DNA of 64,000 nucleotides from Harriotta raleighana (taxonomy: Eukaryota), in the NCBI GenBank assembly GCA_050575255.1, contig JBNZDD010013671.1, forward strand, positions 3,010,812 to 3,074,811, in the 5' to 3' direction. Positions 11,996 through 24,845 of this stretch are shown one piece after another. How positions within the stretch are numbered: position 1 is the first letter of the stretch; each line of letters begins with the position of its first letter. A model generated the notes under the pieces. That model was given only the letters and a program-made list of their open reading frames with translations. It was not told where the DNA came from and did no database searches. A program made the translations under genes and the position numbers.

Positions 11996-12444
11996 NNNNN
12001 NNNNNNNNNNNNNNNNNNNNNNNNNNNNNNNNNNNNNNNNNNNNNNNNNNNNNNNNNNNNNNNNNNNNNNNNNNNNNNNNNNNNNNNNNNNNNNNNNNNN
12101 NNNNNNNNNNNNNNNNNNNNNNNNNNNNNNNNNNNNNNNNNNNNNNNNNNNNNNNNNNNNNNNNNNNNNNNNNNNNNNNNNNNNNNNNNNNNNNNNNNNN
12201 NNNNNNNNTCTCTCTCTCTCTCTGTACCCCTCTCTGTACCCCCCTCTCTCTCTCTCTCTCTGTTCTATCTATGTGTCTATCTATATCACTCTTATCTATC
12301 TTTAGATCTCTATATATAATCACTCTTATCTCTCTTTATATCTCTCGCTGTATAATCGCTCTTATCTTTCTATATCTCTCTCGCTCCCTATATAATCACT
12401 CTTATCTCTCTTTATATCTCTTTTTCTATATAATGTATATATCC

Positions 12445-12600
12445 CTAAAAAAAATAATAATAAATTGTCCATTTCAATCCATGACTGTTTGTGGGACACA
12501 GCTCTACGCAATTGGCTGTCTTGTTTCACCCACAAATGTACAGTCAGCTCACTGAAGATGTGAAAAGAGCTATATCAAATGCAAGGATTATTATTATATA
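12445..12600 (+). mobile_element. SINE 3' fragment
   Basis: catttcaatccatgactgtttgtgggacac...tgaaaagagctatatcaaatgcaaggattattatt. Confidence 0.85.
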
Positions 12601-12670
12601 TATATATATAATCACTCTTATCTATCTCTATATCTCCCCCTCTATCTCTATACCTCTCTCTCTCTCTATA

Positions 12671-13386
12671 CAGTAAAATCTTTGTTATCCAGCACCCTCG
12701 AGAGCTGTCCGTTGCCGGTTAATCAAATAATAATAATAATAATAATAATCCTTGCATTTGATATAGCGCTTTTTTCACATCTTGTCAACGTCCCAAAGCG
12801 CTTCACAGAATATACTGTAAAGTGAATTGACTGTATATATTTGTGGGCGAAACGCGGCAGCCAATTGCGCACAGCAGCGTCCCCCACAAACAGGATTGAA
12901 ATGACCAATTTTATTATTGTAGTTTTTTTTGGAGGGATTATTATTAGGTGTGTGTGTGTGTGGAGTAAGGAAACTTGCCCAAGGTTTCGCCCTGATCTGC
13001 CTGGATTCGAACACAGGCCTCATGCTTGTAAGGCATGTAAGGCGAGTGCTCTAACCACTGAGCCACAGGAGCTCCACATGTGCTGGATATTCGAGCGGCC
13101 AGATGCCGAAAATCCCACACCAAAAATTAACTTCTTTTAAAACATACCATGTTAATAATAGACTAAAATTCACAGAATGTTGTATGGATACTCACCAATA
13201 AAGTATTCTAGCCCACTCGGTGAGATCGCGCTCGGTAAGTCTAATAAGTGCCCGTGTTCAGGCATGTGTAAAGTGAGCGTCCCGGGAATGTGCCGGATGG
13301 CTCCGGTATGAGATCCGGTTGCTGCAATGGTCAATTGTATTGGGAGATGCCAGTTGGTTGGGTGCTGGATAACCAAACTTTTACTG
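12671..13386. mobile_element. Non-autonomous Tc1/mariner-pogo-type DNA transposon (MITE), interrupted by a SINE
   Basis: TA|cagtaaaatctttgttatccagcaccc ... gggtgctggataaccaaacttttactg|TA: ~27-bp imperfect TIRs with TA target duplication. Confidence 0.85.
12724..13078 (-). mobile_element. Full-length tRNA-derived SINE inserted in MITE
   Basis: Minus-strand head gtggagctcctgtggctcagtggttagagcactcgccttaca, B-box gttcgaatcc, core, and (TTA)n tail. Confidence 0.93.
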
Positions 13387-14324
13387 TACACACACACATA
13401 AATATATATATATTTATCACTCATACATAACTCTCTTATCTATTTCTGTATATATCACTCTTATCCATCTTTCTATCTATATATCTATCTCTCTAAATCT
13501 TGCTCTATTTCTCTATGGTCCCTAAGACGCTTAAAATTTTTAATATATCCGTATATTTTACAGTCTTTAACAGTTTTTGTTTAAAATCCTTTATTTCCCT
13601 CTTGTGCGCAGTTCTTGGGTGTTTAAAATTGTGAAAATGGTTTATGTGAGTGAGGGGAAAGGAGAGAGTGTGTGTTTAATTTAGATTAATGTCTATGATA
13701 GCTGCTCCTTCCTTTGCACGGGCTTTGTTACAGAAAGGAGATATTGTATGTGTGTGTTTTTTTTCCCCCTCTCAATGAACAAAAGCCCTAGAGTGATTTA
13801 TTCTATTCTCATTTGTTGCATAACACTAAACGTTTAAGCTCCACAAACAAATATAAAATTCTTTGATATTTATACTCTAAATATTTGAGATTATTCCTTC
13901 CAAAATATACTTTCATTTTTGACTGCACTGTATATTAAACGGTACATACAGTATGTACTGTTCAATAGGATTATGAAAACTAATACCATTGTATTTTAAA
14001 CAAGAAAGTCAGTGACTGATTGCAACAGTCAGAGAGGAAGAACAACAGTGAGTTTGTGAATTATTATTTGACATATTAAACTTTTAAGATTCTGGTGTAA
14101 CCAAACATTACCCACAAAACAATACTGGCATAACAAGTCAATAGGTATATTATTACAATTGAATAAGATAGTGGTAAAAGAGAGGCTAGAATTAAAATAA
14201 ATATTTATATCTGTTCAATTGTGGAGATCTCAAAAATAAACCATACAGCGCCGATTTAAATGTGTTTCAAATTATATTTAACTCCCGTGCACTGTTACTG
14301 TTAAATTATTTAGTGTGGTGGGTA

Positions 14325-14695
14325 TTGTAAAATCCCAAGTTTGGGACTTTGAGCTTCTGATTTAGGCTGGCACTCCAGTGCAGCAATGGGGAAGTGTCGG
14401 AATGGTGGCAGGGCTGATTTATGGATGAGACTTTGAACCAAGATACAATCTGCCCGATCGGGTGGCTTGAAGAATCCACAAGACGACTGGATTTGAAAGA
14501 GGAATGGAGCTTTTTACTTTTTCCAGGGCAGCTATGCTCCACGTTGTTGGTCATCCAATCTCCTGGCTATTTGTCGGGAAAAAGTGCAGATTGGCTGTCA
14601 AACGCACTTTACAAACAAAAATGCCATTGAAGCACACGTCTTTGAGACGCTCCATTGTGAGAAGGCCCTATACCAAATGCAAGGATGATTTATTT
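14325..14695 (+). mobile_element. Ancient DeuSINE (AmnSINE1/SacSINE1-like) retaining the central Deu domain
   Basis: taggctggcactccagtgcagcaatggggaagtg...ggatgagactttgaaccaag...tctgccc...ggtgg matches the recalled Deu consensus (taggctgacactccagtgcagtactgagggagtg...ggatgagacgttaaaccgagg); L2-type tail follows. Confidence 0.7.
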
Positions 14696-17193
14696 TTGTT
14701 ATAGTTTAAAAATATTGAACAGAAGTACTTTTCTTAGAGGTAAATAAGAAATGTTAGTTTTCCCCCAATGTTTGTTTTGGTTTCAATGGTTAGATGGTGC
14801 AAAAAAAAATTAACAATCTCCTTTGAAATGATATTGACTAACCCACATGTTTCAATGTTTCAGCTCAGCTTTTTTAAAAAAAAAGTGCATTATTGTGCAA
14901 TATTCATTCATGTGTCTCTTGCAGTCACAGACTCTCATGTATATACCAAATTATATTTAACATGACTGAACCTGTATTAATTTCAGGATGGTGCAATTTT
15001 GTTTCTACTTCTAGAATAACTATAGAATGTGATTAATGGCAGTGAATCGTCCACTGCTTATTCTAGATAAATGTCTTATTCATATTATAATCAATCAAAA
15101 TTACATTTATATCGCGCCTTTCACGTCGGGAGGACGTCCGAAGGCGCTGAACAGACAGGTAGGGATTTGAGCGGGGGGAGGGTGGGGGAGTAGGAAAAAA
15201 TTGACTTTATATTTGTAGGCAAAACGCAGCAACCAAATTACGCATAGCAATGCAAGAGTATATTTTTCAGTCTATCTCTTAGCATTGATGTCATACTTTT
15301 CCTGTCTTTCATTGTGAATTCACGAAAATTGAGAATTTCAAACTTGCCTTTAGAACAATTAAGTTAAGTTCCATCAACCAAAATGTTAAGTTTTTAAAAA
15401 TAAAAAGAATTGAATGAGCTTTGGTTGGTAATGTAGATTATTATCTTGAGTTAAGCACCAACCTGCTTTTGGAAAACTTTAATTTGAAGAATTAGCACCC
15501 AGCACATCAATTGAAAGATTTTCCAGTTTTATATAGAATAATGAAAGCTATTAGTCTGCGTCACCAGAACAGTTTAATACGTCACTGATCACTGGACATA
15601 CAGGTCAACATTCTTGTCTCTGAGTTTCTCTTCATATACTGTTATCTCAATTCAATGCTAGAAATTAAATTTTTAGATGTACTGTTGTAGGGCATTCAAA
15701 TAGTTTAGAAGCAATTTTCTGACAAAACTTTGCTTCAATTTTTTTAATAAAGAATTTCATAGTTAAGTAGAAAGCTGAAATATTTTGAACTTTCTAAAAT
15801 CTAAAACCGGTGTTTCTGCTCATTTGCTTTGCACGTCTTTCTTGGTCTTTCTAAGCCTTTAGTACCTTATAATATAAGATTAAGAGAGTTACATTAGCCG
15901 ATTAAATATGAACTTGTGGAAAGACTAATAACCTAGGTATGAATTTGTTGCCAGGCATATTGTTGAAGGACATGTTGCTATGTATAAACAATTTCAGAAG
16001 TATTAAGACTATGTCTGAAAAATAAATTTTGGGCGTTCAGTGATATGAGCTACAGTTGAATAATATTCAATATTCCAGGCTGTGTCAAAGGCTTCATATT
16101 CAGTTGCTATTGGCATTCCAAGGTAAAAGCGATCATTCAAAGCTTATGTGGTTGATTGATAGGGAAGTATACTTGTTCCACATAACAAGTGGTTTATTGG
16201 ACTTTTGCATCTCTCAGCGAGAGAGTAAGATGGATTCCTGACTTCCATATAAACATTGCAGGGGGAAACATATTTAGCAGTAATATTTTGTTTTTATTTC
16301 AGTTATAAAATTAGCTAGCCAAAAGACGTCTTTGTTGGATTACCTTAAACCACCCAACCTATTAAGTGAAGCGATGTGGTGACACCGTACCATATTTTAT
16401 TTGTGAAATTATTAGCAGCCATGACTATTTCATCACAATCCACAGTATTAGCAGCTAGTGTCTTGATACAGCCAGTTCAGTCCTTGCAGTGTTCTTTCTA
16501 TACACCTTGGTGCAGATGAGACACTTGAAATGAAGGCCTGCTCTGGGAATTTTCCAACCATAACAAAATGGATCCTGCCCTGAGCAATATTGGGACTCAA
16601 ATCTTTGATTGCACGATTGTGTAGTGGCAATCTTAACTTTTTTAGATGTTCTTTATTAATTGTTAGAAATTATTTTTCCAGAATATAGCTTCCTTTTTTT
16701 TTTACGAGATTCAGTCATGAATCCTTTTTAAGGAATGATTTTTACTTGCCCTCAATGGGAGCGGTGAACAAGTGCAAGTAATCGTGATTAAGATAAGGCA
16801 TTTTTGATAATTTATTTAGCCTATCCCTGATTATGCTTCCTTGTACCCTGTTCTCTGGGTCAGCTTGGAGTGAGCGATAGAGTAATGAGCTTATTGTGTC
16901 TTGTCACTGTACCAGGCACTGGCTGGAAAAGTGGGTCAGGCTACAGATGGGTGAGAATGTGCAGCTGTGTGTTTTTGGCCCACCGATATTCAGAATGCCA
17001 CCAAATGCTGGCTAACTAGCACACGCTCGCTCGCTCGAAGTTTCCCTAAAGGTCTTCTCGATTTTTTGTTTTTGTTTTTGTTTGGCTGTTTCTATTCGTG
17101 ACTATTAATGGCCAAAAACTAAATGCCAACTCTTGTGATTGTTTCCTTTGTTTTTCTTTCCCTTTTCTTCAGTGCTGAGCACATTGGGGGAAA

Positions 17194-18030
17194 ATGGGAG
17201 CATTCCTAGACAAGCCAAAGATGGAAAAGCATAACGCCCATGGCGAGGGGAATAGCTTGCAATACGCGCTGAGCAGCATGCAGGGATGGAGAATTGAGAT
17301 GGAGGACGCGCATACGTCAGTCATCGGCCTGCCCCACGGACTTGAATCTTGGTCCTTTTTTGCAGTCTACGACGGACATGCTGGTTCCCAAGTTGCCAGA
17401 TATTGCTGCGAGCATTTGTTAGATCACATCACCAACAATCAGGATTTCAGAATCCCCGGGGCTGCGGCTGAACCCAGCACAGAAGAGGTAAAAACTGGAA
17501 TCCGAACAGGTTTCCTGGAGATAGATGAGCACATGCGAACAATCTCTGAGAAGAAGCACGGATCAGACAGAAGCGGATCAACTGCGGTCGGGGTCATGGT
17601 TTCACCCAAGCACACTTACTTCATCAACTGCGGGGACTCTCGGGGCTTGCTGTGCAGGAATGGGCAGGTTCATTTCTTCACACAAGACCACAAACCAAAC
17701 AATCCACTGGAGAAAGAGCGCATCCAGAATGCCGGTGGTTCGGTGATGATTCAGCGCGTCAATGGTTCCCTCGCTGTGTCGAGGGCTCTCGGAGACTTTG
17801 ATTACAAGTCCGTGCACGGAAAGGGTCCGACAGAGCAGCTCGTGTCACCAGAGCCAGAGGTTTATGCCATCGAGAGAACAGACGAAGACCAGTTCATAAT
17901 CCTAGCGTGCGATGGTATCTGGGATGTCATGGCGAATGAGGAGATCTGCGATTTTGTCAAGTCCAGGCTAGAAGTCACTAACGACCTTGAGAAAGTTTGT
18001 AACCAGATTGTCGATACGTGCTTATACAAG
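17194..18030 (+). CDS. PPM1A: Protein phosphatase 1A (PP2C-alpha), first coding exon (exon 2; acceptor AG at 17171-17172)
   Basis: [14 protein letters not shown]...[13 protein letters not shown]...FAVYDGHAG...NCGDSR...ACDGIWDV...DTCLYK|gtacag. Metal-binding motifs intact; [19 protein letters not shown] and SEKKHG distinguish PPM1A from PPM1B. Confidence 0.98.
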
Positions 18031-18987
18031 GTACAGTATATAGAACTCTTTTTTTTTTTTTGTTTCAGACTTCCTTGTTTGATTTTTTTTGTGTGTGTGT
18101 GTGGGTGAAAATGATCTTCAATACCCATTTAGGCCAACTAATTTTAGCCTGTAGTCCAGAATTCCACCTTCCAACCCGAATAGCTTGATATATCAGACCT
18201 GAATGTCTTGCTCGCTACAATTATTGATACACAATATATATCAGTGTCCCATGCACACTGATGCACACTTATTGTGGTTAAGCATCCTCTTAATGATGCC
18301 CTCATTGATTTATTAGCCGGAAATTGACTTTTTACAAAAATAAATGCACAGTTGTTCTTATGCGACAACCTTTGGTATGATCTTGACATCAAGGCCCACA
18401 AGATCTGGGTAATCCTATGACACAATGTATAATTATGGAGTGTTAGTGTGGGCGTGTGGTCACGTGATGGGGAGATATTGAAAGGAGGCTCGGAGCTTCT
18501 CTGCAGGGAGGGAAGAAAGCAAATTAGAAGATGAGTCACAGTATTTGTTTACTGAGCACTATCAGCAAATTTCTGACGTCAAGCAGCCACTATACAGCGT
18601 GACCAACAAGTCGTGGTAACCACCCTAGTACATAAAACAAAAAAACCCAAATTATTCTAATTTCTTTAAGGCTTATGAAACATTTTAATGGTGTCACGAC
18701 TTTTTTGCTCACCCTGTTGAATGGAAATCTGCAATATATACTTAGTATCGCTGATTGTGGGTCATGTTGTGAATTATAAAGTTACCCATATCCTGTACAA
18801 CACTTGCAGTGACACATTTGACAGTTGCTTTGGTCATTAATTTGGGGCTCATTTTCAGTTTTAAAAAAGGGGGGATGTTGCCTGATCAACACACATCATC
18901 CACGGGTTCTACATTTCTTTATGTTGGAATTAAAAAGACTCAAGGGGAGTTTCTCAGGTATATTTTCTTTAAAGTGCTTCTCCCTTT

Positions 18988-19285
18988 TAATAATAATAAT
19001 CCTTGCATTTGATATAGCGCTTCTCACATCTTATCAACGTCTCAAAGCGCTTCACAGAATATACTGTAAAGTGAATCGACTGTATATTTGTGGGCAAACG
19101 TGGCAGCGAATTGTGCACAGCAGCGTCTCACAAACAGTCTTGGATAGAAATGACCAATTTTTTTATTATTGCTTTTTTTGGGGGGGGACAAATTATTATT
19201 GGGTGTGTGGAGTAAGAAAACTGGATTTGATCACAGGTCTCACGCTTGTAAGGCAAGTGCTCTAACCATTGAGCTACAGGAGCCC
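18988..19285 (-). mobile_element. SINE, near full-length
   Basis: Head gctcctgtagctcaatggttagagcacttgccttacaagcgtgagacc; core and tail present. Confidence 0.92.
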
Positions 19286-19639
19286 TTTTATAGTGAAAAA
19301 GAGAATTTTGTTGCATGTTTTCGTGTATTTACAAAAAAAGGTTAATTTTTTCAAATGCCAAGGTCATTTCCCCCTGTGCTCTCTGGTGATATGGCCAATG
19401 TAGAGAGCTCCTCTGCCTTACAGGAGCTGGGCGATACTAGGAAATTGCTGTAGGAATCTATTCCTGTTTGAAGCTGGCTTGATGTTATTTAGACTTGCTG
19501 TTTCTTATGGAGGCCTCTCCTAGGAATATTCTTCTTGGGTAATCTCACCACAGCAACATAGCAAGGAGGAAGGCCTCATTTGAGGTCTCCGTGCTGGTAA
19601 AAAAAAATGAGGGGTACACTATTTTGAAAAGAAAGCAGT

Positions 19640-19783
19640 CTCCCTCCCTCTTCTTCCCGACCTCCTTGTCCTCCAGCTCTTTCTGATCCCAACCTCCAGC
19701 TTGGGTGCAAAGCCCTCAAACCCCAGCATCTTAGAACGTCCCCTAGACGTGAAAGAAGCTATATAAATGTAATTTGTTGTTGT
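19640..19783 (+). mobile_element. L2 LINE extreme 3' end
   Basis: Pyrimidine-rich 3' UTR then gaacgtccctagacgtgaaagaagctatataaatgtaatttgttgttg. Similar short tails at ~20250-20320 and ~21070-21135. Confidence 0.7.
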
Positions 19784-22238
19784 TCTTTGCCCTTTTTAAT
19801 GTCTGTTAAGAATTCTAATAATTGAAACTCAAATATAATTTTGTTAGGAGCTTTCATTTAAAAAAAAATCTATTTTAGTGTTGGGATACCGACCAGGTTT
19901 GTGCCTACATTTTGGTGAAGTATTACCGTGACCATATCAGCACATGAACATTAGCCCAAATGGCAACCCTTAAGAATTATTTGTAAAAATATATATATTT
20001 TCTGGTTTGTTTCCCCGCTACGATCATTTCCTTCCTTTTAAATTTCTTGCTTTGTTTCTAACTTTTCCCACTTGAATATTTAATTTGTTTCTTCATTTAT
20101 TATTCCCTCACCACGCTCAAATTATTGATTGGGGTTTTATTTTTGAATTCCGTCTTGTCTTGACCACAGTAATAATCTAATTACAGTATTTCTCTCCACT
20201 ACCTCTGGAAGTTGAGAGTGGATTTCATGCTAGTGGATTTCATCCCGACCCTTGACTGTTCAGCGTCTTGGGACATCCTCTCAACGTGAAAGGCGCTCTA
20301 TAAATGTAATTTTGTTTGTTTGTAGTGGTGTTTACCCATATTCCTTTGCGAGAGTGAAACTGCTGTGTAATCACGATAGGTTATAAATCTGTTTCCCTTA
20401 TCACTGAGCAGTAAGGGTAAGCCCTGTGGTCACTGTTATGAAACTGACTAACATTTGGCGGAACCGATAATGGGATTGTGCAGTGACACATGTTGGATCC
20501 TGTAGCCTTGGGAATGTCGGGGAGCGGGAGTCTGGAGCATTAAGCATATCTCGTGATGTGTGGTCTTTCTGTAGTTGATGCACTTATTGTGCCCGATGAC
20601 AACTCTTGTTGACAACAGAAGGATTCAAAGCTTTTCTTTCCAGAAATCGCTTGAGATATGACAATGCCTTGCCCCAGTGTAACATGCATTTCTATGAAGT
20701 AATTCAGCATGGGTGCACTGGAGCAGTAATGTAGTGAGTGACAGAGTGGGATTGAGGGATGTTGAGATTTGGGATTGAGAGGCAGGTTTAATTAGTCTCA
20801 ACATCCTGCAATGCAGTTGTTTTCAAACTGGCTCGGTGAAATTAGGGTCATAATCGAATTGAAAACCTTTTCCACTTTTAATTCTCTTCTCCAGCGGGAC
20901 GTGGATCATTCTGTTCTACTGTAGATCAATGATGACCTCAATGCCAGCCTCTGAAGAGTACCTTTCCTGTTCCAGTTTAAAATAATCAATTTCCATACAC
21001 CCAAGTATCGTTGAGTAAAATTGTCGGTCTAGTATCATATTGTGGCTAGTTCTCTGCTGTGCCCTCAGGCCTCAGTGCCTTGGGATGTCTTCCTGACATG
21101 AAAGGCGCCCTATAAATGTAATTTGTTGTTGTTGTAGCAACAATGGGGTTGAATCTGACCAAGTTTATTACAAGTCCTCTTGTCAGTCTGCGTTGCATTC
21201 AAACTTAAAGGTCAAATCTTCGTGTGCATAACACAGTACACCAGGAGTGATTAATAAGTTGCTTTAAAGTTAGGGCTGGTCGATGGAAAATTTATAAGCT
21301 AACATAAACTTTTTTTCTTTTTAGTTTCAAAGAAAATTGTAGGACAAGGTTAAGTTATAAGCTATTGCACACATTCCAATTTTGTAAGGAATACTTACAG
21401 AATCATATTTAATTATGCTCATTCTGTCTGGATCCTTGTACTGTAGGTGAAGATTTGGGTGGTGGTGAACACTACACAAGTCAATGTTTTATTTTGTTCA
21501 TGTCATTTTTAATCATCTGAAGGCCAGTGGCAGAGATTTTATCCTTGTCGCAAAATGTGTCACTCACGAGTACTAGTTTTGTCATAAAATATACCTTCAG
21601 GCGTTTTTCTAAGTGTTTCGATGCAGTGTTTATTTAATTGATTAGCGAATAGGCTTTGTTTTGGCTCGTAGTTTCATGTAGGCTATTTCTAGGATTCAAA
21701 TCCATTTGTATCTATACGGAGGTACATACAATTTCTTTGAAGATCAGTTGTATGAAAATTGATTCCTTTACTAATGCAAATCCTGTACTTGGTAAATGAA
21801 TTAGAATACTGTACTGTGAATTCACCCAGAATGTTGTGCTTCACATCCACCTTCGACTGAAGAGAAAAAGATTTACCCACTCAATAGAGTTAAATTAATT
21901 AAGTTTGGAAAGTATATCTGTCGTGATCCACCTCCAGTTTATATAAAATATTTGTGTTTTTTTTAAAAAGCTGCACAGAAATCAAGATTGTCTTCTGAAT
22001 GTGTAGGAAGGATTGTGACCACTGCATTAAACTCTCATGCTGATTTCACTGATTTCCAATCTGGCAGAAAGAACTGTTGTGGAACCTCTGATTTTCGTAA
22101 CCTATCATCCGACAAAACTATTTTATTAGTATAGGCTCACAGCAGGAACAAACCATTAGATGGCTACTGATTGAGTTATTTCACTCGATGTGGAAATGGT
22201 AGTTGGTGCAATTATAAGGCTTTTCAGTTCAAAATGTA

Positions 22239-23139
22239 CAGTGAAACCTTGTTTATCCGTGACTCGAATAATCGGAAAACCCGTTCAACCGCCATCTCAA
22301 AAAAAAGTCTCAATCCGACTAACCGGAAGTTATCCGGTGAAGTGTTGAATGTTGAGTCGGAACTCGTTCCGGGTCCTTTTAAAAGTTGCGCTGTTTTACC
22401 TCGTTCAGATGTGTCTGTCATTGGGAAGTTAAGTACTGTATACATAATAAGTACTGCTGCAGGTAGCGGCCAGATGGAGCGGAGGGTGGGGGGGGGGGAA
22501 CAGAGAGAGAGTGGGGAGTGGGGGGAATGGAGAGGAGGAAACGGAGAAGGGGGGGAATGGAGAGAAAGAGAGAGGGGGGGAATGAGATATGGGGAAAGGG
22601 AGAGAGGGATAGGGGAAAGCATAATGGAGTGAGAGAAATGGCAGGCAGGTNGATGCAGAGAGAGAGAGGAAATGGACGAGGGTGGGGGAGTGAGATTTGT
22701 GGACAGAATTTATATGATGGATTCAGACTGAATATTTTTGAGAGTGTATGTCTATCTGTCTGTTTGTCTATGTGTGTGTCTGTCTCTNATGATGGATTCA
22801 GACTGAATATTTTTGAGAGTGTATGTCTATCTGTCTGTGTGTCTATGTGTGTGTCTGTCTCTCTGTCTGTGTGTGTGTGTGTGTGTGCTAGCCGTTAGGT
22901 CTAAACTCGTTGCTTTTTAAAGCCGCGTTTTTTATCTCCCGTCGAATCAGTGCTGCAATTGCGAAGTTATGTATAAATAATAATTTACTAATAGAATACT
23001 TTGTTATTATTTAGTCCATTATTAATATGGTATGTGTTAAAGTAATTTTTGATTTTTTAAAAAAATCTGTTCAATCAGAAAAAATATTTATCCGCCACTG
23101 GCCAGGTCCCGTGGGTGCTGGATAAACTGGGTTTTACTG
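22239..23139 (-). mobile_element. ~900-bp MITE (Tc1/mariner-pogo type) with internal GA/GT simple-repeat core
   Basis: TA|cagtgaaaccttgtttatcc ... ggataaactgggttttactg|TA; reverse complement of the copy at 29886-30721 (strand label is relative). Confidence 0.9.
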
Positions 23140-23363
23140 TACCTATTTGTGTAATACAGTACATGACAAGGTAGTTCTACTTAAAACGCTCCGTGGTGCT
23201 ACCCCAATGTGACAGGTGCTCTGTAAATGTAATGTTGTTGTTGTTGATTAACTAAGGTATATTTAAGATTTTAGCGACATCATTTATATATAAACAAATA
23301 CTGAAATGCTCTGCTAGTTTAACGGTAGAAGTGTTAATGCATTTCTTTTTTTGCTCCCAACAG

Positions 23364-23481
23364 GGCAGTCGAGACAATATGAGTGTCATATTGATTTGCT
23401 TTCCAAATGCGCCAAAAGTATCCCCTGAAGCGGTGAAGAGAGAGGCTGAACTGGACAAATATTTGGAGAACAAAGTGGAAG
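23364..23481 (+). CDS. PPM1A: PPM1A exon 3
   Basis: cag|GGC AGT CGA GAC AAT: [40 protein letters not shown]|gtggag; 118 nt, phase 0 to 1. Confidence 0.97.
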
Positions 23482-24523
23482 GTGGAGCATCTAAAAAAAC
23501 ACTTGCTGCTAAGTAAAATAACTTAAAATTAAACCATGTTAACCCTCTAAGTTCATTAACCTTAAAATAGGCAACTAAATTCTGTAGATCTCTTTATCGT
23601 TGCTCTGTGATGAACTTAGTACTTCATAGTACTGTCCACCACTGCCTGATAAATTTTCATACAACGTGACGTTTTAAAATGACACATTTTAAATCGACTT
23701 TCTCTGTTACGTCTTAAATACAAATCTGAGCTTAGAGGGATAACTGCCACAAAAACTAAAGCCTTCAGGTGCATATCTTGTAGAGTAACTGGAGGTGAGT
23801 TATTTTGTTAGAATTTGACATTCATTTTAAAGGGATATTTTACTTATTGGAGAACTAACCCCCATTAACTGTAAATCTGTTGCCAGTTTAAGTGCCATTG
23901 TAGCTTTTGTGTTCCATTTAACATTGCTGCTTGTGTCATGAACTACTATTAGTTTAACCCAGGTTTTCGAAGGATGCATTAGTTCAGAAGCAACAGTGTA
24001 GACATGCTCTGGGAAGTACTGCTGACTTTATTTCTGCCAACCCCAAAAATGGAATTGTGGCTTGTTTTTGTGTATATAAATTGTACAATACTGTGTTTAA
24101 TGTTAGCGTTGCACATGGTTGCAGCAGAATATCCTGTCTACGGCAGGAAATTGTGCACGAAGGCATCCTGGCACAACTCCGGCAGTTTCAAAAGGATGTC
24201 AGTGGCATTGCTGAGCCCTCAAGAACTTGGGTGAACTATGTACAGTTTCTGACATTTGCACAGCCAGGCAAGAAAAAAAATTACAATGATAAGTAACTTG
24301 TATCCACACTTATAGTTATTGGGGATGCGTCTTTCACTATGTCTCCATGTACGGAAAACTGCTGCCAAATGCTGTTCAAGAGTACCACAGAGTCACTTAT
24401 TTAGATATCTAGTTATTTAGATACCTAGATTAATTTTATTTCAAAAGTGCAACCAGTCTGGTAGTTTAGGTAGTATAAATTACTCATTATTATTATAGAT
24501 TTAATACATTGAGACATTTGGAT

Positions 24524-24845
24524 GTGGAGTCTTGTAGCTCAGTGGTTAGAGCTCTCACCTCACAAGCAAGAGATCTGGGTTTGATTCCCGTCAGGTCAGG
24601 GCGAAACCTTGGACAAGTTTCCTTACTCCATACACAAGTACACACACACACGTCTGATGATAATCCCCGATAAATAAATAATAAATTGGTCACTCAATCC
24701 ACGACTGTTTGTGGGACGCTGCTTGGCGAAATTGCCTTGCCACCACAAATTATACAGTCAATTCAGTTTGCAGTGTATTCCGTGAAGCACTTTGAGACGT
24801 CTAGAAGATATGAAAAGCAAATTCGAGGATTATTATTATTATTTA
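24524..24845 (+). mobile_element. SINE, full-length
   Basis: gtggagtcttgtagctcagtggttagagc head through ggattattattatt tail. Confidence 0.9.

Noticed and set aside
13933-13968. Short imperfect palindrome centred on gtacatac-a-gtatgtac
   Set aside because: Too short and AT-rich for a pre-miRNA; centred on a TACAGTA footprint-like motif.
18031-18108. Extension of the 304-aa PPM1A ORF ([10 protein letters not shown]...)
   Set aside because: Intron read-through past the donor into T and GT repeats; it would drop the metal-binding Asp of GSRDN and has no supporting feature.
22714-22862. 74-bp tandem duplication inside the MITE
   Set aside because: Separated by one N at 22788 and absent from the sister MITE copies; assembly overlap artefact.
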